64,000 nt of DNA, taken from Lama glama. Taxonomy: Eukaryota. A program made the position numbers and the translations under genes. The DNA lies in NCBI GenBank assembly GCA_028534125.1, contig CM052817.1, positions 103,728,001-103,792,000 on the forward strand, in the 5' to 3' direction. Shown piece after piece: positions 36,805 through 51,490 of the stretch; positions within the stretch are counted from its first letter, which is position 1; each line of letters opens with the position of its first letter. Under the pieces are notes generated by a model. It saw only the letters and a list, made by a program, of their open reading frames with translations. It searched no databases and had not been told where the DNA came from.

Positions 36805-37255
36805 ATTCTAGTGGGTTGAATTGTGGCATTCCAAAAGATACATCTAAGTCCCATATCCTGGTACCTATGAGTGTGAACTTGTTTGGAAAAAGGGTTGTTG
36901 CAGGTAATTTAAGGTAAAGATCTCAAGATGAGATGCTCCTGAATTAGGTCCTAAATCTGATGACCAATGTCCTTATGAGAAACAGAAGAGAAGACACAGA
37001 GGCACACAGGAGGAGCTGTGTGGAGGAGGAGGCAGAGATGGGACTGTCCTTCCACAGCCAAAGAATAGTTGATGTCACCAAACGGGGAGGGAGGGAAGTA
37101 AGGATTATGCCCCTGAGCTTCTTGAGGGAGCGCAGTCCCACTGACACACTGATTTTGATCTTGGGGTGTCCAAAACTATGGGAAAATAAGCTCTCTTGCT
37201 TTAGTCCATCCAGTTTGTGGTAATTTGTTATAGCAACCCTAAGAAATGAAGGCAA
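36805..37255 (+). mobile_element. MaLR LTR (MLT1C/D-like)
   Basis: AGTGGGTTGAATTGTGGC..CCAAAAGATA start; TTTGTGGTAATTTGTTATAGCAACCCTAAGAAA end. Confidence 0.85.
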
Positions 37256-37289
37256 GCGGTTTCGTAGGAAACTTCTCTTTGGGAAGCAG

Positions 37290-38000
37290 TATCTAAACAT
37301 AGCTGCACATACAGACTTTGGGCTCAGGCAGACTCAAGTTGGAAGCTCGCCTTTTTAAGAATAAGTGTGATTTGGGGCTAGATTACTTATCTCATTGAGC
37401 CCAAGATTTTTTTCATCTGTAAAATGGGATAATAAATCTAATACTATTCAGCCAAATCTAATACTATTTCACCCATAAAAAAGAGTGAAATAATGTCATT
37501 TTCAGCAACATAGATGGTCCTGGAGATTGTCATACTAAGTGAAATAAGTCAGAGAAAGACAAATATCACATGATAACACTTATTTGTGGAAACTTTAAAA
37601 AAAGAACACAAGTGTACTTATTTACAAAACAGAAACAAACTCATAGACATAGATGACAAATTTCTGGTTACCAGTGGGGAATGGGCAGGGGGTAAATTAG
37701 GAGTTTGGGGTTTGTAGATACTACTACATACAAAACAGATAAACAACAAGGTACTATTGTTGAGAACAGGGAACTACATTCAATGCCTTGTAATAACCTA
37801 CAAAGAATATGAAAAAGAATATATCTATGGATAACTGAATCACTTTGTTGTACACCAGAAATTAACATAAAATCAACTATCCTTCAATTAAAAAAAGGGT
37901 AATAATGTTTACCTTATAGGACTGTAATAAGGAATCAAATGAGACAATCGTGGAAAATGACTGCAAGATGTAAGAGCTCAAAAAATATGAACTGAGGTGT
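37290..38000 (+). mobile_element. MIR interrupted by an L1 3' end (~37450-37896)
   Basis: MIR core TCATCTGTAAAATGGGATAATAA resumes as AAAAAGGGTAATAA...ACCTTATAGG after the L1 tail. Confidence 0.8.
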
Positions 38001-38519
38001 TATCACTCTTCTAAAACCCCTACCTCTAGTCAACACTAAGTGCCCCCCTTTTTCTGGGTTCCCATTGCACCTTTGGTCAATCCCTATTCTAGGGCTTATT
38101 ACTCTGTGACCCCCTTATTTTTCCCTAAAATATGTTTATAAATCTTTTCCCCCAGCTGCCTATTAAACTCATTAAAGGCAGAGCTGAGTCTTATTCCTTT
38201 TCATCTGCCCGGGGAGTCATACAAAGCCAAGCAGATGGTCGGCAGGCAGCATAGCTGAATGGAGGGATTTTGGCACCGAGATGCTTTCCAGGGTGGGGCC
38301 TGATACAGCACTGGGAAAGGATGAGAAGGCGCTTCCTAAATATTATTCTCTGATGCTCACCAGGACTCACAGATCTATTGGACTTATGGAAAAAACTCTT
38401 GCAATTTGTACAAAGACACTAATTCACCCATATAACTCCATTTATTATCAAACTACATTATTTTCAATTTTTAAGATCACAGACTCAAACTAACATGGGC
38501 CTATAGGTTCCTGAACCTT

Positions 38520-38780
38520 GCTCAAGCATTTCCTGCTCTGTGAAGCCTGCACTGATTCCCCCTCCCCTCCCCAACCAAGCTAGTCATTTCCTTTTGTATT
38601 TTGTGTATGTTTTTGCTCTTCTGAATGGTCCATACTTACTTACTTAGCTGTCTAGGCTGTGCACTGCTTGAGCGCAAGCTCCAAAAATTGTTCATCTCTG
38701 CATCCTCAGTGCCTGGAATATACTTAGAACGTAATAGGCAACAATGACTATTTCTTGAATGAACAAATGAGTGAATACAA
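38520..38780 (+). mobile_element. L2 3' end
   Basis: CATCTCTGCATCCTCAGTGCCTGG...TGAATGAACAAATGAGTGAAT. Confidence 0.75.
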
Positions 38781-39751
38781 TCCCACTGTTTACAGATGAT
38801 AAAAAAAAACAAGCTCCAGAAATACTGAATTGCTTACAGCACTTATTTGAAAATTTGGAATCAGAACACAGAAATCCTGGTTCCAAGTTTTGGGCTCGCT
38901 CCACTACATTGAAAGGCAAAACCTCTTTGGAGGGATATTGAGTAAATATCCAGGATGGATTCTAATTCTCAGAGGGTGTTGTATACTCTTCAACAGAGTT
39001 AATCATTCACCACTTCCTATTTATCAGCTCACTGAAACTTGGAACACAGAGGAATCATAAAACCTGCATGGCTTGTCATGGACTAGACTTCTCCCTTCCC
39101 GCGAGGTTGCTTTTCCACTTAAATCGTAATTCATATGCTATGCATTCTTGATTTAGGCTTCACGGAAAGTCAAACATTTTTGTTTAATCACAGGTTGAAT
39201 AATGCAGTCCAGTTATGAATGGCAGTGGGTATAATAATCTTTTTCATAAGGCTAGTCCCATAGAGGGGAGGATTCTGTCATGACACTGTGATGAAAGCTA
39301 ATTATGTCCCCCCTTCGGTAATCCTTCTTCCATCATGCCAAGAATGACTATCAGGAGATTGCCAGCTGGACCGCTCTCCTATTTCACTCAGACTCTGTCA
39401 AGAACTTTATTTACCACGGAGATGGAAAGTATCTTTCCTCCTGCCTCAGGGCTTCGACCTATCATTTTGACAGCCTTTACTTTATCAAGGAAATTGTGTC
39501 AATTTAAAAATTGTAGCCTTCCTTACTCTGGTTGAATATCAAATTTTAGATATAGAAGTATCTCTTCAATGCCACACTTAAAAGAGAATTTGAGCCCAAA
39601 TTAGTGAAGATTTCTACTTTTGAAAGACCATATAACTCTTTTAATGAGCCCTGTGGAATTCCTTCAGTAGGATTTCCTTAAATTTGAATTTTCACTGGAC
39701 ACTACTGTCTTAAGCCATTAACAGGTATGCATGTCACATGTATGTCAAGCT

Positions 39752-39783
39752 ACACACACGCACACGCACACACACACACACAT
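39752..39783. repeat. (CA)n microsatellite
   Basis: Direct reading. Confidence 0.9.
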
Positions 39784-39821
39784 AAATATATGATCCCAAC
39801 CTGCATAACTTAATGCAAGGT

Positions 39822-40685
39822 CTTCTTTTTATTCATTGAAGTATAGTCAGTTTACAGTGTTGTGTAAATTTCTGGTATATAGCATAGCATTTCAGACAGA
39901 TATATTCCTTTTTATATTCTTTTTCATTATAGGTTACTACAAGATATTGAATGTAATTCCCTGTACTATATGGTATAAACTTGTTGTTTATCTGTTTTAT
40001 GTATAGTAGTTAGTATCTAGAAACCTCATATTTCCAATTTATCCCTTCCAACTCCCTTCCCTCCTTGGTAACCATAAGTTTGTTCTCTATGTCTGTTAAT
40101 GTGTTTCTCTGTTGTAAATAAGTTCATTTGTGTCTTTTTTTTTAAAGACTCCACATATGAGCTATCTCATATGGTATTTTTCTTTCTCTTTCTGCCTTAT
40201 TTAACTTAGAATGATAATCTCCAGGTCCACCCATGTTGCTGAAAATGGTATTGTTTTATTCTTTTTATGGTTAAGTAGTATTCCATTGTATAAATATACC
40301 ACAGCTTCTTTATCCAGTCATTTGTCAATGGACATTTAGGTAGATTCCATGTCTTGGCTATTGTAAATAGTGCTGCTGTGAATATTGATGTGCAGATGTC
40401 TTTTCAAATTAGAGGTCTCTCCAGATATATGCCCAGGAGTGGGATTGCTGGATCATATGGTAAGTCTATATTTAGTTTTTCGAGGAATCTCCATAGTGTT
40501 TTCCATAATGGCTGCACCAAACTACATTCCCACCAACAGTGCAGGAGGGTTCCCTTTTCTCCACAGCCTCTCCAGCATTTATCATGGACTTCTGAATGAT
40601 AGCTATTGACTGATGTGAAGTGATACCTTATTGTAGTTTTGATTTGCATTTCTCTGATAAGTAGTGCTATTGAGCATTTTTTCAA
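39822..40685 (-). mobile_element. Lineage-specific L1 3' end with ORF2 C-terminus
   Basis: Minus [36 protein letters not shown]. Confidence 0.92.
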
Positions 40686-40869
40686 GTTATGCAAGGATTT
40701 CTGATAGAAGCACAGAGGCAAGCATCTCTGAGGTGGAAGCATCACATCAAACGTCGGAGCCAGTGCCACTAAGGATTCAACAGATCCAATCCAAAGAGCA
40801 GCAGACATGCCCTTATAGACCAGAGCATTCTCTATATTTGGCTTTTTTTCTGATTTTGGGGGATTCTAT

Positions 40870-41030
40870 GTTCTGGCTGCACATTAGAAATATGTGCACA
40901 TTATAAGTATCTGGGGGAGCTTTTTTTAAAGTCTAAGGATTGGGTCCCATACTAGTCTAATTAAGTCAGAATATCCAGGGATGAGATCCAGACACGGGTA
41001 CTTTTGAAAAGCTCTGTGGGTCATTCTATT
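40870..41030. mobile_element. MER5-type MITE fragment
   Basis: GGCTGCACATTAGAA...TAATTAAGTCAGAATATCCAGGG. Confidence 0.6.
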
Positions 41031-43904
41031 GTGTTTAAAGCCATATCCAAGCTAAGGTTTAACTTGCAGTCACATTAGGGGGCTGACATAGTCCCCAGAA
41101 ATGCATTCAAAACATCATAGCATGACCTTCCACTGTCAGTGGGCTACCAAAATGGTTATAAATTGTGTTCTCTTGCTTCAGTACCCTCCCTGCCCAGCAC
41201 AGCAAACTCCCTCCCCAAGGCACAGTTTCCAAACAACTACAAAATGCCAATTTGACTGAAAGGTCAAATCAAAGTAAGACCAGGGTGAACAGCTGAGCCT
41301 TGTATTATGCCCAGAACAGCCTCTAGCTTGAAAGGCCTAAACACACAGACATGACCAGAGGGAGAGAAATGGCACAGCAGAAATATTCTAGGCAGACAGA
41401 AGCCTTTTCTCAATCTCACTTTCTCTTATTTCAGTTGAGTCGGGTTGTGCTTCCCGTGTCGTCGCACTGTCTTTTCACTGATGCTTCTGCTTGATTGTCC
41501 CCTCCTTTCCCAGAATTTGAACCCAAGGTAAAGTTACTAGGAAAAACCTTATCTATCCTGAACCCGTTAATACGGAAAAACTTTATGTGATCAAATCAAG
41601 CCTTTCTGCCCAGCTATCACCCAGAATGCCCGGTCCACAGCACTCCACAGAGGCTGACTCCAGGGCTGGGGCCCACCTCTCAGGCCCGCCATGTTTGGTG
41701 ACCAGAAAGGAGCAGCCTTGGGCTGCTCCTTCCTATTTAAGATTCACCTCTTGTGCTGACTGGAGTAGACAGAATACAACTGTGGTAACACCTCTATTTG
41801 TTCCAGTTGGTTCTTTCACTCCCTACTAGGCCATTTTATAAATTGGCAATTATAAGTAATGACAAAGAGACCCTCTTAAGGTTGGCAGGTGTGATGAGTC
41901 AGTAACAAGCCAACATCTCACCTGCAGTAAAACAGTCTCTCAGCTGTCCCCCAGAGATGGAGAAAACCATCTCCATCTTTATCAGCTCCCCCTCGTAAGC
42001 CCTGAAATCTCAGTTTCCCTTGACCATGAGCCTTGACCCTTGGTTTGACTTAATCTCATAGGAGCCTCTATTTTTTTTTTCTCTATTAAAAGCCTAAGCT
42101 ATTTAAAAAGAAATAGGGTGAGCTGGTGCACTTATTGACTTCATTTTGGCATGTAAATTCACTGGCTGCTAGGAAACATAATCCACCAGGATGGAAAGAG
42201 CCACTGGTGAGCAGCTCTTGGGCAGATTAGCAATTCAAGGTTGACTTGGTTGACGGCCATCAAATTCAACAACCTAGAGCTGAATCCACCAATTCATCAT
42301 TGAGAAAAAAACTCAATTGTTTATGGAGTCATCGTAATTTTACTGTTGAATCCACTCTATCATCTTGTCATCTATTGAACTTTAGAAGAACAGATTTATT
42401 CTTTATTTGCATTTATTTTGTTTAATTATATTTTGTATATGACATCAAAGGCAAATGGTGTAGATTTTAATCTAGTTTTTCACATAGTCTATTCCTGTGT
42501 TCCAGGCACTTGAACTGATTTTCTAGAATATTAATCAAATCAGTTTAAACTGATGAAGGCCTTTGGTTTGGTAATATTATAACTCAAACTTAAAAAAAGT
42601 TTTTTGAGAGGCTGTTGGTCCTCATGGTCTTGTTTTGTTTTGAATTACCACTTTTGGGCACGTTTCTGGCACTAAATTCAATAATAAATTCTCTTTACTA
42701 ATCTCCCAGAAAAGTCAGCTTAATTTTCATATACTTGGACTGTAACAGCTTTTTAAAATGATATGGATTAACAGGGAGGGTTCAGAATTCTTGACCTATT
42801 ATTAAAAGGAGCTATAATCCATTATTACACCTATGATATCATTAGGGACTCTTAATCCAGTGATTATTCACCTGCCAGACAGAGAATGGGTCACACTTCT
42901 TTAGAAACACTGTGATTTATCATCTTAATAGGAATTTGAGTATTTTAGAAATGAGATGGTCTATAATCTCAGGATTCTTTTCTGCTGTTGCCAGAATGGT
43001 TATTGCCTGGGAGGTTTGTATAATGAACAATTAGCAGGATACGCCAAATGAATGGTGCCTCTGCTGCTCATCTAGGATTGCTTTTTCATTTTTCTTGTAA
43101 ATCCCTCTAGGCATTAGGCCGCTGTGGAGTAATGACCAATGACTTATTGCTTTTAAAGTGGAAAGGATCCAAATCCATCTCTGCTTTGCACCTTTCTCCT
43201 TGTTTTATACTACACATGACCCGATACCTGCAGTAGTCTTTCTAAATGAGCACCTCATCTCTTTGTGGTCTTCTTTGTGTCTGTCAGCAGTCTGTCCACT
43301 CCCAACTCTTGGAACCACAATAAAGAGCAGGAGAACCACACCAAAGTTATAGACCAGGCATAGAGTTGACTTGCAATAAAGAAGGAATCCTGAAGGTCTT
43401 AGGAAAATTATTGTGTTTCTTGAGATTATTTCAACATCGAAGATATTACTTACTGAGTATTGAGTTCTCTGTTAGAGAGCAAGCCAAGGGTGTCCCTGGC
43501 TCTATTTAGTTCAGATTCTGAAGATCACTGGGGACACTGGTCTGGGTTGGTAGTGGAGAGGCATGTCAGAATTTCTAGGATCAAGACGAAGAACATCTAA
43601 ACCCTGCATGGCCAGGAATAAACAGTATTAGCCTTATTGATGCTTGAAATAGCAGTCAGAAGCGATGTCTTCCAGGCATTGCCCTGTTGCAGTAACTGGT
43701 TGAAAGTTGAGGGTTAGAAACAGTGGTGCTTTTTTGATAACAGGGACAGCTACTGTTTTGTCCCTTCCCTTCCAGGAGCAGTTTTCTCCATTCCTTTGGG
43801 AGCTTCATTTCCTTCCACTTCAATTAATTTTTTTTAATTTAATTCTTTTGGTCACAGGAGTAATGGCATAACCCTAGCTGGAGTACTTTGAGTACTTATT
43901 TCTT

Positions 43905-44375
43905 TTTGACTGTTGCTTGTGTTTAGATGCCATAACCAAAAAACAAAAACAAAAACAAAACTTTTGCCAAGACAATTTCAAGGATCTTTTTCCTTATGTT
44001 TTCTTCCAAGAATTTTCTGATTTCTGGTCTCACATTTAAGTCTTTAATCTGTCTGAATTTATTTTTTTGTGATTGGTGTAAGATACAGTCTAGTTTTATT
44101 CTTTTACATATAAATATCCAATTTTCCCAGCACCATTTATTGAAGAGACTGTTTTCTCCATTGAGTATTCTTGGCTCCTTAGTCAAATATTAACTACTGT
44201 ATGTGCATGGGTTTATTTCTGGGCTCTTAATTCTATTTCATTGGTCTATATACTTGTTTTTATGACAATATCATTCTGTTTTGATTACTATAGCTTTATA
44301 ATATAGCTTGAAATCAGGAAGTGTGATGCCTCCAGCTTTTCTCTCCTTCCTCAGGATTGCTTTGGCTATCAAGGT
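43905..44375 (-). mobile_element. L1 ORF2 fragment
   Basis: Minus [14 protein letters not shown]...IKDLNVRPE. Confidence 0.88.
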
Positions 44376-45105
44376 ACTTTGTAGTATCCATGATGGATTT
44401 TTGAAACATCAGGGAAAACAGCCACTATCTATCGCTAAAACTAATACACTCAAACCAAAATGTTTAATTCTAAGTATTTTTCCTCAATAATAAAAATGTT
44501 TGTTCTATGACAACAAATTTTGATTAAAACTTTAAAATACTATACAAGTATGAAATATACTTTTTATTCCTAAAAATTAATTGAGCAGTATATTGAAGTA
44601 AGGGATTATGCAATTTAGTTGTCACTATTCCTGTCTTAATTTATTTAAAGACTGAAAAAAATCAAGACAAAATATTTTGCCTTCTTCTTTCACAACTGGT
44701 TTCTATGTTTAGAATGAATAATCTCAAAAATAATGTTCATTTTTGGCTTCAGAAGCAGTTACTATTATCATAACCTAGATTATCTTAAATAATGCAAGAT
44801 GTACCCAGTGCCCCAGTGTCATTTTGTGAGGTCACTTGGGGGAGATATACTTCAAAACCTCACCAGACTCCTGAGATTCACTGTGGTTGGAATGATAGAC
44901 CATATTTATTACACCCCTGCATCGTTTGTGACTTGTTGCCCTGAGAGATTTTCTTTCGGTCACACTGATTGGGACTGAGATTTTGGAGGCATCAGCAAAG
45001 ATGATCAAACGAAAGAACTGGGGTCTCTGCAGCCTGACAGGGTTGAGTATGAAAACAGAGAAAAAAATAAGATTCTTGTTTTGGGAGTGAATCGAAGCTA
45101 TGTTT

Positions 45106-45257
45106 GGGTGGAGGGTATAGCTCAGTGGTAGAGTTCATGCTTAGCATGCATGAGGTCCTGGGTTCAATCACCAGTATAACCAATTATAAAAAATCAATAA
45201 ATAAATCTAATTACCTTCCCACTCCTTGCAAAAAAAAAAAAAAACCTAAAAAAAGAA
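45106..45257 (+). mobile_element. tRNA-derived SINE (Vic-1-like)
   Basis: GAGGGTATAGCTCAGTGGTAGAG..CATGCTTAGCATGCATGAGGTCCTGGGTTCAATC, A-rich tail. Confidence 0.92.
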
Positions 45258-45744
45258 ATGGTACTTAAACCTGGGAAATTTGGTCTAAAGGGGCCAAAAA
45301 AAAAAAAAAAAGGGCAGCATGAGCATGCTGTTGGAAAAATTCAGACTAAGAAGAGACCCAGATATCTGCTCAACTAGACATAGTTGGAGGTCTGGGGAAG
45401 CAAATCTGGGGAGGTTGGGAATATCCTGGGATGACTATTAGGGACCTGGATGTGGGAATATTGGGATATTCCAGGAATCTAGACTTCGAATAGACACGGA
45501 CCTCAGACAGGGAATTTCATCACTGGAGGGGCTGTGCTTAGTGCCAGGACCTGGATAATGTATGAGTTAAATCACCGAGGACCTGAGTGCCAGTCAGGAA
45601 GCTCACAGAACACTGAGTTTGGAGAAGAGCCCCATTACGGTGAATTCAGTCAATCCCAAACTGCTGTGGGCTTCCTGTGCTCTAGAGAAGATGCTGGATT
45701 GTTTCCAACTTTGACTAGAAAAGGACTGAAACTAGTTTCACTAT

Positions 45745-45930
45745 TACTAATAGCAGCTAAGAATTACTGAGGACTTTCTATATCCTAAGCACCATCTAAG
45801 CTCTTCACATGTATTAACTCATTCAAATCTCACAGCAGCCCTGTAAGGAAGGTTCTATTTTTATCTACATTTTACAGGAAAAGAAGTCAAGGCTGAGTAA
45901 CTTGCCCACAGTCATATAACTATTACGTGG
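45745..45930 (-). mobile_element. MIR SINE
   Basis: ATTAACTCATTCAAATCTCACAGCAGCCCTG...CATTTTACAGG...GTAACTTGCCCACAGTCA. Confidence 0.8.
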
Positions 45931-46011
45931 GGAATGTAACCAGGCAGCCTATGGTCATTGTCACGTTGGCATCGTGCGATTACAGTCTACTTAAGATACC
46001 AAGGTCAAACA

Positions 46012-46370
46012 CTGCCCCAGGTTGGGATTTCTGGGAAGCAGATTCTGAGACGGAGTTTAGTAGGCAATGTTATTATTAGGAAGTGCCCTTGAGATCAACA
46101 CCCGCGGGAAGGGAAGTGGGATTGGGCAGAGGAAGAAGTCAAACCCTCGGGAGCTCTACAGCTAAAATGGCCTGAGACAGTTGTCCTGTGCTGGAATGAA
46201 ATGGCCTGGGCTGCCCCCAGGAAGAGCAAGATCTTGGGCAGGGCAGCCCTCTGTGGCTGAGCCTTCATGAAGGAGCTGGTCGTGAGGCTGCCTATTGACA
46301 CTGCTCCTAGGAGATGGGGGACTTTGTCGGAGGGGTCTGATCTGGGTAGTGCATCTCTATGTCCATTGCA
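46012..46370 (-). mobile_element. ERVL LTR16-like solo LTR
   Basis: GGAAGCAGATTCTGAGACGGAG...GATCAACACC...GGATTGGGCAGAGGAAGAAG. Confidence 0.65.
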
Positions 46371-46442
46371 AGGACACTCATATTTTCTAAAAGTACCTAG
46401 AAAACATTAACTAAGATTTATTCTGCTACTCTTGTCCCTTTG

Positions 46443-46570
46443 TAGAGTGACCTTAAATCCCAATTTGCTCAACTCAGTCATGGTTTACTCCTGTATTTCT
46501 AGGGTGATTAATAGCTTTGCCTTTTACTCTTGAAAGTATCCCGGTTGGTTGTAAATTATTTTGTTTTCCT
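46443..46570. mobile_element. MER94-like hAT-Blackjack MITE
   Basis: TAGAGTGACC..TCCCAATTTGC...TTACTCTTGAAAGTATCCCGG. Confidence 0.6.
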
Positions 46571-48079
46571 GATGCTCTTCTGCTTCTCGTTGACCCTCTA
46601 CGAACAATCTTACATTAATTTAGTTTCTAGAAAAAATTATTTTTAGAGAAATATGGGCCATGTGTTTACAAAATCTTTTAATGATAAAGCAATCACTGTC
46701 TGCCATGATTTATCTGTTATAAGCATATTAGCTGAAAGAAAAACTGGATTGTGGATTTGCCCCTCCGCCTCTCAGGGCTGGGCTCAGATGTAACACTCAT
46801 TGTGTTTTGAGCTTCGTCAAGACCCTCCTGCCGCTTGCACACCTTGGTCATAAAAGATCACGTCTAGTCCCTGGATTGGGGCCAAGGATGAACCGTCAAT
46901 TCTCTCCATTCTCTTGTCCCTCTAAAGTTTGGTCTAGGCATCTATACACAAAATGTCACAAGTAATATTTGCCACAGACACACAAACTCATGAAACAGAT
47001 GTCTTGGGATCAGTTGCCCATCAGTTTATCAGATGTTAAGATAATATTTTCAAAAAGTCAAATAGATAAGTCTCTTAGTAGGTACATGTTAAAGATTCAG
47101 AGACCTACTTAACTTATTAATGATACAGAATGTCAAAGCTGATTACTTGTGGCAAATGATGGATGGAATAAGAAAGCTAAGTAATTTTGAGTCAAAGTGG
47201 CTAATGCCCTACAGGGCAATACAGTGGTGGTCATCTTTGGGCTATCTTATATCTTCTAATAGACAGAGATAATTTTCAAATCCTTGGACACAAATAATTT
47301 GCAATTTGTCCATTTTCTACAAGACAATATCTAATTTTTCAGAATCTGAGCCCTAATAGCTAGAAAATAATAATTCACAAATAAAAGAAGTAAAATCAAA
47401 TAAAGTCATATCTCCTAGGGAGTCAAACAACCCTCAGGGAGTTGGATTCTCCTCAGGAGAACTAGTTAGAATTTGGAAGAGCCTGCTCAAATAAACTTGC
47501 CCTAGTTTCGAGTTTTGGACATAATGGATGAACCATGTTTTCCTAATACCATGACAGGATTCCAATTCCTTCTTTAGGCTGAACTGGTCTCCACACGTAG
47601 GAGCTCAGAAATAGAGTTCACACTTAGGAACACTTCTCATAGTTTACCTTGAACTGTGTTTGTTTGTTTGTTTTCTTTATTTATGTCTTTGTTGTAAGTA
47701 TGACTTTTCACATAAGCTTTCTTATATCTGTTGGGAACGACCACTGGTTATAGAAAAAATTAGCAAGTAAAAATATACGTAGTACATCAAATACCATGTA
47801 ATCAGAAGTTTATAATGCTAACTTGATAAAAATGTCCTTTAACTTGAACGTGTCTATAATTAACTTAACGTAAATTTTTTAAAGAAAAAATGATATAAAG
47901 AAAAAGTAAATCAAATAATTCAAAAATCAATTGCTTGAAGTTTTTAGTGATTATGAAAATTAGACTCTCACAAACCTGGATTTGAGCTCTAGTTTTAGTT
48001 TGTTAGTTATATGACCTTAAGCTAAGTACTTAAACTACAGTTAATTTCTTTGTCTTAAAATGGAGTTAAGGTAACCAGG

Positions 48080-48452
48080 TGTTATGGGCTGAATTGTGTC
48101 CCCTCAAAAGTTCATTTCTTGAAGTCCTAACCCCCAGCACCTCAGGATATGACCATCTTTGGAAATAAAGTGTTTAAGGAGGCTTAGTTAAAAAGTGGTT
48201 ATTAGTGGCCCTGATCTGATGCCTGGTGTCCTTAGAAGAAAATTTGAACACAGATGTGGATAGAGGGAAAAGACAGGGAGAAGAGGTGATCGGTAAGCAG
48301 ACCCTGGAGTAGATCTTTTCCTTGCAGCCCTCAGCAGGAACCAACTCTGCCAACATCTTGGTCTCAGTCTAACCTCCAGAACCACAAAAAAATAATAAAT
48401 GTCTCTTGTTTAAGGCAGGTAGACTGTGATGGTGGCCCTAGCAAACCAAGAG
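48080..48452 (+). mobile_element. MaLR LTR (MLT1B-like)
   Basis: TGTTATGGGCTGAATTGTGTCCCCTCAAAA...GAAGTCCTAACCCCCAG...GGCCCTAGCAAAC. Confidence 0.88.
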
Positions 48453-51097
48453 ATCAGGGCTAATATCTGGTTGGTAGGTCACCTCCAGGACATATTGTAG
48501 TTATGATCTGTGTCTGTACTGATATGTACTGATAAATCAATGCCTGTGCTATGATTGCCGTCAGCATGTGAATATCATCTCTGATAATGCCCATCACATA
48601 GAGCCTTGTCAAGTGCCAGGCACAGTGCCTCCTGTACAAGAAGCACTCACTAAACCATTTGATTAACATCTACATTCTAATTAACCCTGGGTTAAGTTGA
48701 TCAATACAAACAGGCCAGGTAGCACATCTTCTTCCAAGTGAACGGCTGAGGAAACTAAATTTGTAGAGTATGATCAGGTGGTGTTTTATAAGGATGGAAA
48801 AGTTGCAGAAAGATGAGAATATTTGATAAGCTGTATGCCAACTGGGAATTTTTCTTTTTTAAAAAAATAGCATTACTGACATCAGAGGAAGAACCAGTTT
48901 TGAGAATTTTAATTCCACGTCTTTACGTCAAACTTTCAAGCATATTGATTAAATTAAAAACAATTGTCCTGAGAGTAGGATCTTCTTCATAAGAATATTA
49001 GGAGCCCCAGTAGCTCAATACGGGGACAACTTGATTTGCATTACATTTTTGGCGAGATCATTGATTTCTGAACAACTTCCCTAATTCTACATGTGGATAC
49101 CATATGGCACATAACATATCCGCCCACTAGGGTCTCAAAGCACTTTCTGAGTTTTAATTAAAAATTAAATATTTTGTAAGTGCATATACTTTCTGCATAT
49201 AAACATTAACAATAATGTAATTGTATGTAATGTGGAGATTTTTCTACTTTCATAGCAGGGGGGAGTAAAACAACTGGCTAATCTCCTGTTTGGTGCAGCA
49301 GCAGTTTTTGCCAACTGGCTTTTCTCCAGAACTATTACTTGCTAATATTCCTAAACGTGCTACGATCATTGCTGTTTGCTGTCCAATATCAGAACAGTCT
49401 ACGTGATCTGAAGTATCTACAATGAACCAAGGACAACATACTGCCCTTGCTTGTGGATTATTTTATTTTTTTTTTGTAGGAGGAAGCAAGAACTAAACTA
49501 ATTAACAAGCAATACTTATTAATTATCTAAATATATCTTACAGGCCATAGAAGGCATCAACAGTCAAGGGCAGTAGCTACTCATGAAGAAATTTGGAACT
49601 GGTTTTTCCAGTGAAAGGAAACTTTACTAAATCCTAAGCTATTTTCTACATTAATCTACGTTTTTGAAGACATAGTTGTTTTTTCAGAGAGTATTGTCTC
49701 ATTACCTATATTTTTAAGTGGCTCATAAAGGAAATGAGTCTTTAGATAGATCCCAGTCATGTTAAGCACCTTGCTTTACTCTGCACTGAAACTCACTTAC
49801 TTACAAATATATTCATTCATAAGGTCTTCAGAGTTTTTCCAGGAAGGCACAGAGTAAATGCAAAATATTCATTATCATGGGAACATTTAAACATTTTTCT
49901 CTGGTTGCTGTTAGGCTGCAGAGAATGTCTGTTATCTGCTAAGAAGTTTACATTGACCATCTTTAAGAAATTTCAAATGATTGGCGGTGTTGAATCTAAT
50001 TTACCAAATTACTTTTTTGTGTGTGTGCAGGAGTCACATTAACCTCTCTGCCTCCTAAATATTTATTTTATTAAACCTAGGTCTCTATCTGCCATACTGT
50101 GGAAGTATCTTGTGGAAAATCACAGAAAATTAAACTTGGTTATCTATTGTTGATTCGATATTCCATCTTCAATGACTGCTTTCTCAGAGGTCATACATCC
50201 AAGCTTCTGTAATGCACATCACTGAATTGTTTTTACCAAAAATAGTATATTTCAGATCAGGGAAATAAGTTAAGATGCATCTTATTGAGGCCAATATGAT
50301 CAGATTGCAAAAGTAATTCAGATACCATATATATACACATATATATGAATTTTTCAAAGTTATTGGTTTATAGTTGGTCCAAGCATCAAGAACCTGTATT
50401 TACCCAATTGTGTACATCAGGAACAGGACAGAAGTCACACAGGACTAACAGCAGTGGGGAAATCAAACAAAATTCAGAAGTGATAGCATTGTATTCACAT
50501 GGAAAAAAGTATTGATTGATGGAATGACTCTATAATGTGAATTTTACACATATTAAAGAAATATGGGTATACTTCTTTAAAGCACCAGAATTGTCCTGTG
50601 ATTATAGAGCCAACAATTCTTCCAGTTGCCATAGGGCTCAGAAATATTCTGAATTTCCATCTAGCCCTTTCTGTCTGCAGCACTTATGCTATATTCAGCC
50701 AGAATGAGGAAAGAAATTCCTTCAATGTATGGCTCCACTTTCTAGTCACAATGAAAAGATTTACTATGCTTGAATACTTAGTATATATTTTTAAAGGTAC
50801 ACAGATGAAATTAATTCCTTTATTTATTTTTGAATTTTAAATAAAATCTTAGTTAAAGACGCATAGCTAAGATACAGTCAACTCTATCATTCAACTGGGA
50901 ATCAGCACTTAACATTCTAATTCCATGTGAAATGAACAAAATGTTCATTTTTTAGCATTCAAGCAATATGAGGAAAAATTGCCTCCTTCCTTATTGAAGC
51001 CAAATGCTTTAAAATTCTATTTGTTTTTCTAGTTACTGATCGAGGACTGGTGAAATAAATTATGGCATGTCATTGCAATGGAATGTTCTGTAGCTTA

Positions 51098-51490
51098 TTG
51101 GGGTGAGGGCAGGCCACCTCAAAAGATGCCTCAATGGCATATGGATTATTTTGAATTCAACTTACTTAAGAAATGGCCAATGCAAGAGGGATTCTCTGAG
51201 ACCTCCCTCTGTCTCCCTGAAAACAGGAAGTAAATCTCCCATGTAAAAGGTGTGCTCCCTGTATTTGGAGGTGGAAGGACACCCTTACCATCAGAGAGAG
51301 GGAATCTGGGCAGAGAAGCATGTATACACAAACTTTGCTACTTCTGTAATTTACTAATCCAAGGCCAAACTCTGCTTAGATTCTTTATTAATTAAGCACT
51401 CAAAGCCTAGGTTTTTTTATCCTGTCAATTTCTCACAAATTTGTTTCTTTGTCTAAAAAATATAAAAGCTGCCTGCTTTGGAATTTCTCC
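51098..51490 (+). mobile_element. ERV1 LTR fragment (MER34/MER39-like)
   Basis: TGGCATATGGATTATTTTGAATT...TTTGTCTAAAAAATATAAAAGCTGCCTGCTTTG. Confidence 0.65.

Noticed and set aside
37434..37475. Direct repeat AAATCTAATACTATT
   Set aside because: A small local duplication at an L1 5' junction, typical of insertion scars.
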